Notes: a model not told the origin generated them from the letters alone. 64,000 bases of DNA from Octopus vulgaris (GCA_951406725.2 OX597831.1:34348001-34412000), one strand, 5' to 3'; shown: positions 41,645 to 55,252, counted from the first letter of the stretch. Numbers and translations are program-made.

Positions 41645-41818
41645 TTTCCATCCTTGTTTCTCTCCTTGTTTTTTCTGTGTATCTTTCTGTCGAAGAGCGT
41701 AGGCTCGAAACGTAAAAGACTTTTTCTATTTCTATTCCTGGGCGCTATACCAATACATTTGTTTGTTTGTACTCCACCTGCCTTCGTCTTTTGTTTATTT
41801 TCGTAAACCTTCCCGTTA
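41645..41818 (+). mobile_element. Family Y element with hammerhead-like core
   Basis: Stem I tcttt/aaaga, CUGUCGA-A-GAGC-gtag-GCUC-GAAACGUA at 41682-41719, then a tail into (TA)n. Confidence 0.7.
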
Positions 41819-42567
41819 TATATATATATATATATATATATATGTCTGTATGCATGTAAGTAAATATGTATGTATGTGCATCTTTATTTCTCTGTCACAC
41901 TTTTCTTCCACGACCAGCTGATCTCCATTTGGCTATTGTCAGTAAGAGGGAGGATAGTGGTGCTTACCAAACCCAAATAACATACAAGGTTTGTGCCGCA
42001 GACTGAACCCTAAGGATGGGTAGAACTTGTTTGTTACAGAGGCTTCCTAGATGAAACCATAGAACCAGAGAAAAACCATTGTAGCTATGAGATAGACACG
42101 GTGATCGTGGACGGACCGCTACTCGGTAGAGAATGGGAAAAACTAAAGAATCAGAATTACGTTATTGTCCTTAATGCACATTTGTTATGTGAAAGAGAAT
42201 CAAGGGTGAGAATTCAGAAATTATTAAAAGTGCTAAAAATTTATGTTAACGACTACATGAGGAAAGAAAAGAGGGAGAGAGTGAGACTAGTTTTAGGTAG
42301 TCAGGAAGACATTTGCATGCGTTTCAAATTTATTGCGCCTCTTCAGGAACTTCGAACAATTACAACTGAGGTAAACTGAAAGTAATGGTACTGGGCATTT
42401 CCAAATGGTGTGCTCTGCCTGAAGAACATATTGTTAAATATAAGTTCCTACTACAGATTAATTCATACATACTTACATACATACATGCATGCATAGATAC
42501 ATATATGCATACATACATACATACATACATACATACATACATACATACATGTATATATGAATGTGTA

Positions 42568-42868
42568 GAGGCGCAATGGCCCAGTGCTTAGGGCAGCGGA
42601 TTCGCGGTCGTAGGATCGCGGTATCGATTCCCAGACCGGGCGTTGTGGGTGTTTATTCAGCGAAAACACCTAAAGCTCCAAGAGACTCCGGCAGGTGGGG
42701 TGGCTATCCCTGCTGTACTCTTTCGCCACAACTTTCTCTCACTCTTTTTTCTGTTGGCCTGCTTGCTTAGCCAGCGGGGTGGCGTCATTTGAAGGCTAAA
42801 ACAATGCGAAGCGCATTGTGACCAGCGATGTGTAGCAACATCTGATAGCCTGGTCGGTCACGGTGATA
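42568..42868 (+). mobile_element. tRNA-derived SINE family C
   Basis: tRNA-like head ggcgcaatggcccagtgcttagggcagcggattcgcggtc...ggtatcgattccc with A and B boxes, followed by a non-tRNA body. Confidence 0.8.
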
Positions 42869-43482
42869 TATGAATGTATGCTTGTGCACACACACATATA
42901 TGTGTACAGATAGAGATATAAGTAGATGAATGGATGGATTATTGTCAACTTCTATACGGGAAAGAAAGGTACGTGGTGCTTGTCATCTGAAGAGTAGACA
43001 ACAGACCATGAAACATGTCAAAATAATCTCATAGTTTTTAAGTTGAAAGTCGACAGAGCACATTTAGAGATCAAACTGAAGAAAAATAAGAACGCTATCA
43101 TTTGATAAGTTGTTGCTATTGTTGTTGTTAAAGATGAGAATGGTGATGGTTATCGTTGTATTGATTAAGATGATATTGATTACCGGGCATCGGTTTTGGT
43201 GGAATAGGAACATAATCGAGCGTACTGTCTATTTATCCAAACCCACTCTCTCCATCCTTTATACCTGGCTCATACATATCTATATGTATGTATGTATGTA
43301 CCTACGTACGTACGTATGTATGTATACATATGTATGTGTGTGAGTATATGCATGTAAACTTATAACTATGCATCTCTCTCCCTCTGTGTGTGTGTATATA
43401 TATATCAAATATGAATTAGAGATACAACCACTATTAGGCAACTCAAACAGTGATAGACATTAACCAGGAGCCATACTCCCTA

Positions 43483-43561
<79 letters not shown>

Positions 43562-43691
43562 TGCTTGTATGTATATGTATACATGTATAAATGTGTGGAT
43601 GCTTCTGTGAATTCACCTGTTTGTGTATAAATGCCCATAAAAGAGAAAAGCTTAAAACCCGCATGCGCACCAAGTCCTTGTTTGTAACAAA

Positions 43692-43853
43692 CACTTTGTA
43701 ATCACTCACTCACTCACTCTCCTTCTCTCTCTCCTATCTTTCTCTTTCTCTCTCTCGCTCTGTCCTATCTTTCCACTTTGTAATCACTCACTCACTCACT
43801 CTCCTTCTCTCTCTCCTATCTTTCTCTTTCTCTCTCTCGCTCTGTCCTATCTT
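43692..43853. repeat. Tandem duplication of an ~81-bp CT-rich unit
   Basis: cactttgtaatcactcactc...gctctgtcctatcttt occurs twice in succession. Confidence 0.85.
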
Positions 43854-43877
43854 TCTCTCTCTCTTTCTTATCTTTCT

Positions 43878-43923
<46 letters not shown>

Positions 43924-44436
43924 CCTATCTTTCTCATTCGCTCTTCCTTTCTGTCCCGTCTTTCACGTCTGCTCTCTTTCTCTTTCCTATCTTTCTTACT
44001 CTCTGTGTCTCTTATTCCGCCAGAAAGGCAGCGATGTAACAATGGGTGAGTTGGAACTCTTGTAACCAACGACGCCCCTTCTATTAACCAATTTCGATAT
44101 CAAATAAACAGAACAAAAAATATATTTCAACATTTACAAAATTCTATACTTAAGTTTCAGCATTGTTTCAACAAAATTGGCACGGATGCCAATACTTATG
44201 AATATTCTTTGTGTTTGTTTTACAATTTTGTTATTAACCTAAAGCAAATATAGGCCACAACTATCGATATTAGTTGACAATATTAAACATATGATTACAT
44301 TATTTTGCTTCTGTCTTTATTTATTTATTATTTCACTTTTGGCGATGTTCATCCTAAAATATTGACATACTGTTGACTGATGCCGAATAAAATATTTTAA
44401 GTTTGACACAAATCTTACCTTCTCTTATCTCATGGA

Positions 44437-44485
<49 letters not shown>

Positions 44486-44504
44486 ATTCTATCTATCTAT
44501 CTAT

Positions 44505-44569
<65 letters not shown>

Positions 44570-44648
44570 ATACACACATTCAAACATGCATGTACAAATA
44601 TTCGTACATATACAATAAATACATACATGCATTTACGCACTTACTTAT

Positions 44649-44727
<79 letters not shown>

Positions 44728-44728
<1 letters not shown>

Positions 44729-44849
44729 TTTATTTAAAAGCAGCAGAAATTCAACAAAACCTGTTACTCGGAGTTTCACGTTCCGACGAACGAGAATGCG
44801 AAACTCCGAGTAACAGGTTTTGTTGAATTTCTGCTGCTTTTAAATAAAG
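44728..44849. repeat. Perfect 50-bp-arm palindrome centred on a hammerhead-like core
   Basis: ctttatttaaaagcagcagaaattcaacaaaacctgttactcggagtttc and its exact reverse complement; the loop holds ccgacga-acg..-gaaac. Confidence 0.9.
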
Positions 44850-44974
44850 CATATTACTCTACCCCTGGTATTTGAGTACTCTTTTATTTTTGCCACCTTG
44901 TTTCACATTTATGTGTTTACTCCGGTTATATATATATATATATATATATATATCTGCAATCCCCCCACCCCAGA

Positions 44975-45165
44975 AATACGTACAAAAACACAACACAAAA
45001 AAACAACAACGCAAGGACATGGTACATGTAAAGCATTAATAAGACACTCAGGGAAGGAAAAAAAGGGTGTTATACGTTTCGAGCAAAGTTCTTCTTCAGA
45101 AACAGGAGACAGAGGAAAGTTCAAGAGAAAAGAAAGACAGAAAAAAAAACGCCAACGATCCACCT
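44975..45165 (-). mobile_element. Family X-related element with a canonical CUGAAGA hammerhead core
   Basis: Minus strand ctgaaga-agaac-ttt-gctc-gaaacgta at 45073-45099. Confidence 0.7.
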
Positions 45166-45186
45166 ATATGTATGTATGTATATATT

Positions 45187-45278
<92 letters not shown>

Positions 45279-45787
45279 ATGTATGTATGTATGTATGTAT
45301 GTATGTATGTATGTATGTGTGTGTATGTATGGTTAGAAATAACCAGCATACTCTCTGTCGTTTTTCTATATATATCTGCGTATATATGTGGTGTGCATTT
45401 GAGTATGTGTGTCTGTGGGTCTATGTACTTTCGTATGTATGTATGTATTTTGTATGTATATATATATATGAAAACATATATACATATGTGTGTGTAGGAA
45501 ATATTGACTGCGAATATCAGATCTGGCAATCGTTTACTGTTTTTTGTTAGTTCAATTGTATGCCATGAATAATGAATATATAAAAATAAAATATAAAACA
45601 ACAGAAAGAACAACATGAGTGAACATAACTATATCTATATAATACAAAGAAAGAAAACTATTATACAGAAAAGGTAAGAAAAGAAATGTGGAGGTAAGAA
45701 TTATGTGTAGCGTAAGTGTCTGAGTATGGAAGTGTGTACGCTTGTATGTTTGTATGAATATACATATATATATATATGTATATATAC

Positions 45788-45860
<73 letters not shown>

Positions 45861-46326
45861 TGCATACATATAAATACACTGATATATATATATATATATG
45901 CATAAATTGAAATTAATTACACACACCAATATATATACACATATAAACATTCTGACAGAATGACACACAAGTGGTAATTTATGAAAAAAAAACAATACCC
46001 AATAGTACAAATCATTTATTGCCTAGGACATTTCGAACAATCTTCCATTTGTCAAGATATATAAGTATAGGAGAGAAGAAAAAAAATCAGTTGTATAAAT
46101 ACTGTTGAATAGTATGGAAGTAGCATGGGGCTACTAATAAGGATTTTTAGATGGGTTTCAATAGTTGGTTTCTCGCTGAGTATGATGAACATTGTGCTAA
46201 TGCCGGTGAAGCACCGAAAGTTTTCGTTATTTGTCAGAGTAGGATAATGTGAAAGAGACTGGCGACATATTCTATGTGAGAGCTTGTATAAGTAGTTGGG
46301 CACGTAGATGAAAACCTTGCCTCTTG

Positions 46327-46496
46327 TACGAGGGGAGCTGAAAAGTTCCTGGCTTTGAGTAAAAGAAAATATGAGATGATCAGTTAAAGCAGTCCTTAAG
46401 TTTTTCTAAGCCCTGTAAGAAAACGTAGAAGTTTGGATCTCCAGCCAGGCCTTTCGCGACACCCTTAAAGCCAAGAGCTTTTCGCACGGCCTGGTA
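46327..46496. mobile_element. Mariner-type MITE inserted in an older relic
   Basis: tacgaggggagctgaaaagttcctggcttt / aaagccaagagcttttcgcacggcctggta imperfect TIRs with TA ends. Confidence 0.7.
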
Positions 46497-47093
46497 TGTG
46501 TATGGTTGATGAATGTAAGTACAAGGGTGGAGGTTTATCTCTGTGAATGTGGGGTTTTGTTATAACCTCTTGGTGAAGGAAAGAAACTGTTCTGTTTGGT
46601 AGAGTTTATCTGCAAGAAGGCGGGATTGTAAATTAAAATTTATGAACCAGTAATACCTCCAGGTGAGGGATACAAACTGCAGTTCACTGTAGGGTGGGGT
46701 TTTTTGAGATCAAAAAACGTCAAAGTAAATATGAAAGTGGCCTGAAGAACTAAAGCAGTCGGCAATGGATTTAAATAATCTATTACTATTTTCTGAATCA
46801 TCCGATTGACATTTTATAAATAAATCGGCTAATCTCTTATATGTCTTTCCCACATACAATAAAAGCAGCGAGCTAGCAAAATCGCTAGCATGTCGGACAA
46901 AATGCTTAGTGTCGTTACTCCATCGGGGTCAATGAAGTAAAGTCAAGTAGCGACGGTCGATGTAATCGATGGTAATTGACTTCTGAAAGATTTCTAGTCT
47001 GGAATCCTACAACGAAGTAGCGTCTTATTCAAGGGAGCTGTTGTGATCTCCACCTATGCGTTACGCAAATTGGGTAACAGGTCTAAGGACTCG

Positions 47094-47172
<79 letters not shown>

Positions 47173-47372
47173 GTTTAAGAGACAGAATTACCCTCAAGCA
47201 ACTCAATCGTCATTGAACGACATCATCCACGATAGGTATATATAGGACTAAATATCAAAATTATCAAAATTAATACCTTCAGTTCTTATTCCAAATCATA
47301 TACTTTACATTATATAGACTACTATATATATGCGGATGCGCGCAGAGAGACAGACAGACACACACACACACA

Positions 47373-47440
<68 letters not shown>

Positions 47441-48451
47441 TGCGCATGGTTAGGGACACATTTAAAACAGCAGGTTATGTTTTGGGTAGTGTAAGAAAAA
47501 GTGCTAGAGACAAAAAGTGGAGTGAAACATTGGTTGGTACTCTTGTGGAACATTGTCATGAAAGTGAAAAACAAAACAAGTTTTCAGAAATGTTTGGAAT
47601 AACAAGATTCCTATACACCTGTAAAGGTGCATTAAAACGTTTCATTTTCGGCGAAATATCGTTAATAGGACAAAATATTTGTCTTGAGAATGTCACGTCT
47701 ATTTAATTACGTGCGTCACAGCTACACGAAACTTGTGACCACAGACATAGTTGACCAACAGATTTATTAGCATTTTTTTTAATATTAAAGCCAACGTAAA
47801 TAAATACAATGAGGCTTTATATACTGTTTGGGACAAAATCTGGCGGATGGGCTACCAGAATGGAACATGGACGTGAAATACGATGATAACAGTTAATACT
47901 TTCACGTGACAAAAGAAATTTTGAACGGTGTCGCGTATGTCACACGTTTTGGATGATACCAAAAAAAAACTGTACAGATGTTCCAGGTAAAAGTTTTGTA
48001 TAATACTTGCCTGGATAGTAAACCTTTATTGTGGACAATGAATGAATACAATTCGCGTAGATGTTCACGATCTACAGCTTAGACATTTCCTAATTTGTGT
48101 CTCTGACTATCATGTAGTTCATGTCCTAGAATGGTTCACTTGGGTGGAGGGATAACTGTTTCAAAGGGATTTGGGAACAGGCGAAAGACCCAGATTCGGT
48201 GTAATGAAAAAGAAGATAAAAAAAGACTACGGGCTGTAAGTTTTCTCTTAGTTTCCCCTTCGATCTAAAGGAGGGAAGAGAATGTTGAATAAAATGTGGT
48301 GGGATGCCTCATGATCAAAATCCATAAAACAGAAGTTTTCGCAGGAGAATCAGAGACGCACAATACTTGTAACAACGATAGGGAAGGCCGTAGCTAGAAT
48401 GCCCTTCATTCCAGGTGGAGGAAATAGTATTCGAATACCATAGGTAGAATA

Positions 48452-48586
48452 ATGTACTTTTTTATTAGAGCTGCAAAATTATCACAGAACTGTTACTCAG
48501 AGCGTCACTTTGCCGTCCGACGACGGGAACGTGAAACTCTGAGTATTAGTTCTGTGATAATTTTGCAGCTTTAATAAAAAGTGCAT
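48452..48586. repeat. Palindrome of the same family as 44728-44849
   Basis: Arms tttattagagctgcaaaattatcacagaactgttactcagag / ctctgagtattagttctgtgataattttgcagctttaataaa; loop ccgacgacgggaacgtgaaac. Confidence 0.85.
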
Positions 48587-48608
48587 ATGTATATGTATAT
48601 ATATATAT

Positions 48609-48936
48609 ACGAGCAAAATGCCCCCCGTCCAATGGACGGTGCTGAGTTGTTAAACATTTTACCCAACTTTTCTCAAGACAGCTTGTCCGACCGTCCCATA
48701 GGCCTCCCCTTTGAGAAACATTGATTTAACCTAAATTTGAGACACCAACAAAAGAATAAATAAGGATAGAATTTGTCGACCGCATTCTCACTTGGAATCG
48801 ATTTTTGTAATTTTTTCAAGACTTATACACGCCTTGATACCATCGGTATCTACATATCAAATTTGAGTGCAATCGGATGGAGGGTGCCCGAGATCCTAGA
48901 AGACACACACACACAGACAGACAGAACGGATTTTAT

Positions 48937-48940
<4 letters not shown>
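48609..48940 (-). mobile_element. Non-autonomous Helitron-like element
   Basis: Near-identical (inverted) to 56932-57192; 5' ataaaatccgttctgtctgtc and a 3' hairpin before CTCGt, inserted in (TA)n. Confidence 0.7.
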
Positions 48941-48984
<44 letters not shown>

Positions 48985-49460
48985 TATTTCATTTTAAATC
49001 GAATTGATTTTATTTTTATTATTATTATTATCTATTTGAAAATATAGCCACGAAACGCGCGTAGTCAATTTACTACTATTTGCTATTTATTGTTTATGTA
49101 CTTTATTGATTTTTAGAATAAGGTTTTTATAGTATATTTATTTTTTCTATATGGTGTGAACAACGTCTTTCACTATTGAATTGCTTAGAGGATTTTTTCT
49201 CTAAATTATATACATATATACATGGCATATGTTTTAATATTTCGCTTAGACATCGCGAGAATAATAACCAGGTGTAGAACTCAATGTACGTATACTTCAG
49301 AATGCAGTATAGAGCGGTAATAAGAAACATGTCACCTCCCTTTATTATATGCATAGCACACATACACACACACACACATGCATATATATACATACATTCA
49401 CACACACACACATCTATATACATACATACACACACATATATATATATATATACATACACA

Positions 49461-49503
<43 letters not shown>

Positions 49504-50103
49504 TATATATCAAATTATGGAGCTAAACGGCTAAAACAATTACCACCACCACCACCACCACCACAATCACCACCACTACCACCACCACTGGACAACTGGA
49601 AACTTGTTGACAGAATTATGATAAAACAGCAAGACACGTCATAAACCAAATTATGACGTCGATCGTACAAATACAAAGCGACAACAGATCCAACAAAAGA
49701 ATAGACAAAACAAAAACAGGAAGTTGTTCGTTTGCTCGACTGCGCATGCCTCCCGCCATGTGTATGCGTGTGCGTGTTATTTATTCTTTGATTTTGAGTT
49801 CCAGTGAGATAAAATGTGAAGTAGATTTAGTTGCTAGTTTTAGCCAGTCAAGTAATTTAGAACTCTCTTCTTGGTATCTGTGTGTATATGTACGTTTGAG
49901 TGTGAGTGTGTGTGTGTTTGTGTGTGTGTGTGTTTTATTGCTCCTGTGGGTCAAAAGCTGAAGGAAATTTTGTTGCTAACTTTAGCAGCAAATTGAGAGC
50001 CTTTACTGATTTCTGTATGTGATTATGTGCACTCACATACAGAGGTTTGTATGTGTGTGTGTTTGTCTATGTGTGTGTGTCTGTTTGCTTGTAAGTGCAT
50101 TGC

Positions 50104-50146
<43 letters not shown>

Positions 50147-50849
50147 CTGCGTGTGGGTGTGTCTGTTTGTCTGCAAGCGCATTCCTGCCTCTCTCTCCGT
50201 GTGTGTGTGTTTGTGTGTGAGCTTGTTGTGTATGCGCGTGTGCGTACTCCACTGTTCCAAAATGAGTTTTCGATAGTTTTAGCAAAAATATATAAATTTA
50301 AAAAATATTTAAACAAAAAAAAACTTAGAAAAAGCAGAAAAAGAAAAAAATATATTGATTTAGTTCAGAAATATTGCCCTGGGTTATTGAAAAAAAAGCA
50401 ATCGATGAAAATGTATTTAATAAAAAAATAAAGGAATTACAATAAATATAACAAGAATGATTGGCTTTGTCTTCCGTTATTATCATTTTTTTTTTTCGTT
50501 GCTTTGAATACAAACAACTAATGGAGTGAAATAATTTTATTAGCCGTGAGTGACAAGATTTAACGTTTTCAAGCAGGAAGAGCCATTTATGATAAGGATT
50601 TGAAGTAATTCTTTCAAATTTTAGTGCAAGGCGAGCAATTTTGGGGGGAAGTGGGTTGAAAGGGAGTCGATTACATCAAAATCAGGGCTCGACTGGAACT
50701 TGTTTTATCGACTGCGAAAGGACGAAAGACAAAGCCAAACCACAAAAGAATTCGAACTCGGAACGTATAGAACCGAAAGAAATGTTGCTAAGCATTTTAT
50801 CTGGCGCCTTTAAGGAATATTAAATAATGGTTTCAAATACGGCACAATG

Positions 50850-51006
50850 CCGGCAGTCTCGTAAGGTGGGGTAAATTGATTACATAGACTCCAGTACTTT
50901 TCTAGCACTTATTTGATCGACCTCGAAAGGATGAAAGGCAAGGTCCAACTCGACAGAATTTGAACTCTCAACGTAAAGACGGACGAAATACCGCTAAGCA
51001 TTTTGT
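50850..51006 (-). mobile_element. SINE family A, partial
   Basis: cgaaaggatgaaaggcaaggtc...tttgaactc...gacgaaataccgctaagca. Confidence 0.75.
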
Positions 51007-51525
51007 CCGTAGTGTGTCAACAACATTTATTTCCGGTGTCATATGAAATCGTCCCTGTTATTATGAGAAAAAAGATACCCTGTGACCATAAACTGAGGGG
51101 TCACTCGTAAACAGAGCTGGATAACAAGACCGTTCCCTCTTTAGTGTCCACCCATAATTATGGCCCTAGTTTTAGGGTTAGGGTTAGAGTTAGGGCTAGG
51201 GGTTGGGTTAGGGTTAGGTTTAGGGTTAGGGTTAAGGTTAGGGTTTAGGTTAGGGTTAGGGGTGGGGGAAGGGTATCTTTTTTCTTCAGAAATGTAAATA
51301 AACCCAATCTGTTTCTTAAACGAGTATATATGTAATATGTGTATCTGTGCAACAGAGAGGAAAATTAAAACTGCATATGTTGTGAACTTAGAATATGTGT
51401 TTATTAATAAAAGTTTAATAACGATAACATTTTATTCATACGAACGTAGCTTATATGAAATATGTCATAAATAACAGGTACAATTTCATATGACACCGGA
51501 AATAAATGTTGTTGACACACTACGG
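51007..51525. mobile_element. Inverted-repeat element (~55-bp arms) carrying interstitial telomeric (TTAGGG)n
   Basis: ccgtagtgtgtcaacaacatttatttccggtgtcatatgaaat and its reverse complement ending at 51525; inner inverted repeat aaaaaagataccct/agggtatctttttt; degenerate TTAGGG array ~51172-51261. Confidence 0.8.
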
Positions 51526-53045
51526 CAGAAATTGAATTCACCTCAATAGACGTCGTTGATTGGTTGAAATTGCCGAAATGCAAGAAATTAAAGACCAAAT
51601 ATCTTACAAACTACAGAATTTTCTCAAGAAAGCCAAGAGAAAAAGATGTTTTATAAACACATTCTACCAGTATACGAAGTTTAAACTTTTTTAGTTACAA
51701 ATAAATTATTTTAAAAATCTGCCGGTCAAAGCGAAAAGATCCGGTGGTACTTACCTGGTAAGTTATTTTTGTTTATCAACCCAGAAAGAGGAAAAGCAAA
51801 TTCTACCTTGGTGGAATTTGAACGTGGAGATTCATGTTAATATCAACGCTCCATTCTGTAGTCGATTTGATAACTTATTCTATATATGCTATTAAAATAG
51901 TTAGTGAATAAAATAACAAATTATATCAGTTTAGCGGGATATATAGTGGTGGTGGGTAGCCCCAAAAAGAGAGAAACAGAGAGACAGAGAGTAAAGGAGT
52001 ATAAAGAAAAGAAAGAGATGTTAGGGGTTGCAAAATTGTTTAAAACCGCTGAGTCAATGTCGAATTTCGTTTAATAACTGACAGCAAAAATAAATAAATA
52101 AATAAATAAATAAATAAAAGCAATAATTATAGTTAATTTTCAAATATCAAAGGTTCGATATAAATTTTATTGTAAGAGATGTTCTAAATAGTTTTGTAAG
52201 AAATTCTGATTAATATTGGCTTTTAGATACGAATCCAAAAGTGTGACCCAATCAATAGCTCTCCAACTGTACGACACAGATTTTTCTTTTTTCGTTTTTT
52301 ACAATATTATGATTTAAGGCTTGAGATAAGCCATACTAGCGTTTGAGCAACTTGAAAATCGTATTAATTCATAATTTCATTTAACACAAATATGATTAAT
52401 AAAACAAGGTAAGCAACGGTTTTCTATATAATTCCTAAACATTTAGCCATAAAATGTTTTTAAAATTATTTTGTTCGAAGTACGTTAGTAATTTTTTACA
52501 TTCTTCATGAACTGTGACATTGTATATTGTTAAGACAAAATCGTCTAAGTAGTAAAACATATTTGTCTGTCACACTAACGACTCTTTCTATATAATTGAT
52601 ATGACAGAAGAGGAAGTGACGGATGATGTAGTAGTAGTAGCAAATTGTGTTATAATTATCAATTTTATAGTGTCATTAGCCCTTACGGACTTTACTCTGT
52701 CTTGTATTAGGTCCTCAAGTAATTGATAGAGTAGCATAGAAACCGTCGTGAAGTAACGGCGTATCACGGGCATTCATCCTTCCCGAAGTCTGAACACAGC
52801 CTAGTTCTTCTGGAAATAGAGACAAACAGACACACAGCTAGCAAGAAAGAGCGACAAAAGACAAGAATCGACTCCAATGCAGGATTGGTACTGTATTAAC
52901 ACAGAAAGGAGTAAAAGGTAAAGTTAACGTCGGTTGGGTTTGAACTCAGAGCGCAGAGAGCCGGGACGAATATCACAAATCAATTCACTCATCGCTCTCT
53001 CGACCCACTCTATTGACCACATTTGGCCTTCTGATACTGATTTCT

Positions 53046-53200
53046 AAGGCCGCGAACCGGCAGAATCGTTAGCATGCTGGGTGAAATTCTTAGCAGTATT
53101 TTGTCCGTCTTTATGTTGAGTTCGAATTCCACCAAGGTCGACTTTGCCTTTAATCCTTTCGGGGTCGATGAAATAAGCACCAGTTGAACACGGGGATCGA
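53046..53200 (+). mobile_element. SINE family A, partial
   Basis: ggcagaatcgttagc...gagttcgaattcc...aggtcgactttgcctttaatcctttcggggtcg. Confidence 0.8.
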
Positions 53201-53559
53201 CGTAATCTTAACTGCAGCCGTTTGCTAAACCATGTCGAGCCAGTATGACAGAGCAGAGCAGGTTCTTCAAACCAGTATGAACTTGAGCTCAAATTCACGG
53301 CATACACATCAAACCGTGGTTCGTAGAGAGAACATTGTCCTGCAGTGGATTGAACATAGGCAATCCAATCCAATCCGATCCAGTCCAATCCAATCCGACC
53401 CAGTCCAATCCACTACTGACTTCTGGTGACGATTTATGTACAAATCGAGTGGTTGACCTTTAAGCAAAATAGTTATGAATTGAAATATAATTATTATACT
53501 GTAGTCTCGGATTTATCAGAACTCATAAAACCTGATTCCCATGGCGTATAAGTGACTGA

Positions 53560-53790
53560 AATTACACCACTCCTCCCTAAACACACAACCACACACTGGT
53601 TGGGATGCTAGTCTGTCACTGTGTTGAGTTTCAAGCTATTGTTGGAACTCATTTACATCGGAGTGAACTGGAGCAATGTGAAATGGGGATTTTTGTCGAA
53701 AATCACAAAGCATCGCCCAGTTCGGGAATCGAACCGAAATCTTACGATCTTGAGTGCAACATCGTAGCCACTAGGCCATACGCCTTCGCT
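53560..53790 (-). mobile_element. tRNA-derived SINE (additional family)
   Basis: Minus strand ggcgtatggcctagtggctacg...ggttcgattcccga A and B boxes. Confidence 0.65.
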
Positions 53791-54095
53791 GCCGCCATGC
53801 TGGGGCACCATCTTGAAGGACTTAGTCGAACAAATCGACTCGAATACTTAGTTTGGGGAGTCTGGTAATTATTCTAACAGTCACATTTGCAGAACTGTTT
53901 ACTTACGAGGGCGTAAACAAACCAACACCGGTTGTCAAGCAGTGGCGGGGAAAACACACACACATTTATACATAAACATACATGCATACATGAGTTTCTA
54001 AATTTTCGTCCACTCAAATCATTCACAAAGCAATGATTGGTCGGGGCTATAGTAAAAGACCCTTGCCCAAGGTGCTGAGCAGTGGAACTGAACCC
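53790..54095 (-). mobile_element. SINE family B, diverged
   Basis: gccatgctggggcacc...ttgcccaaggtgctgagcagtggaactgaacc. Confidence 0.7.
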
Positions 54096-54445
54096 CTATA
54101 TGTTAAAAAAAAAGAGAAGAATCCGGATTACTAGCTGTTGGTCTGTTAGAGGCAAAAATTATACATTAAAGTTCATGAGTTCGTTTATAATAAGGGGTAA
54201 GGGATCCAGTGATTCAGGGTTGTCCATTTATCAATGTGAATTATTTCCTTTCTGACGAAGGCACAACCCTGAACCAGCCTTGTATGGAAAGATATTTATT
54301 ATCTCTACATCTGAGCATACAAATTTATCTAAATTCACGAAATGCCCTAATGAAACTGTACGTTAAAATATTTTAAAACAGTTATACAAATATAATTCAT
54401 ATAGAAAAAATGAGAATATCTGAAATTAACTCGACTGCTCTCACA

Positions 54446-54660
54446 AACAAGAATGCTAAAAATGAACACGACCGCTCTTGAAAATTAAGTTTAAAAAATA
54501 GGAAAAATAATCCAGAATCCTTGTCCGGTATCTGATCATCCCAAATTCTAATCAGTTTGTGCCAGTCACGAGGCCAAACATCCCTGAAAGTTTCATCCGA
54601 ATCCAGTCAGCGGTTCTTGAGATATCTTGTCCACGGTCAAACAAACACAACTGAAGACAA
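54446..54660. mobile_element. Helentron/DINE-like non-autonomous element
   Basis: Starts aacaag; contains aagtttcatccgaatcc...ttgagatatcttgtccac and an (aaac) microsatellite, an architecture typical of mollusc HINE/pearl-like elements. Confidence 0.45.
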
Positions 54661-54890
54661 TACCTATTTCTTTACTACCCACAAGGGGCTAAACACAGAG
54701 AGGACAAACAAGGACAGACAAAGGGATTAAGTCGATTATATCGACCCCAGTTCGTAACTGGTACTTATTTAATCGACCCCGAAAGGATGAAAGGCAAAGT
54801 CGACCTCGGCGGAATTTGAACTCAGAACGTAGCGGCAGACGAAATACGGCTAAGAATTTCGCCCAGCGTGCTAACGTTTCTGCCGACTCT
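54659..54890 (-). mobile_element. SINE family A ending in the multimer junction
   Basis: aatacctatttctttactacccacaagggg...gctaacgtttctgcc. Confidence 0.9.
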
Positions 54891-55252
54891 AAGAATTACG
54901 TTAAGCGTGGTTAATGATGCTAGTGACTCTAGAATAATCAGCCGCTTACAAGTTAATTAAGTGAAGCCTCTTCGTCGAACGACGGAGATCCACCTAACAG
55001 AGTTGTGCTGTATTATACAGTAAAACACAAAAGGAAATGAATATATTTCACAATTGATAAACGTCTGCTGTACTTTTTCTTTTGTAAAATTGTAGAAATC
55101 TGTCAATAGAAAATGTCAGTGTTTGGCATTTTCTTCGAGCATTAAATTGGGAAAAATCGTTAAAGCTTCGACACCTTGGACAAGTGTCTCTTACAATATA
55201 GTCTCTGTTTAACCAATATTTTTTTATAGACTTCAGTAGAGGGAAAAGGAGG

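Noticed and set aside
42570-42642. tRNA gene
   Set aside because: The acceptor stem and T-arm are imperfect and the sequence continues into a SINE body.
51172-51261. True telomere or chromosome end
   Set aside because: Short, degenerate, internal and enclosed by inverted repeats.
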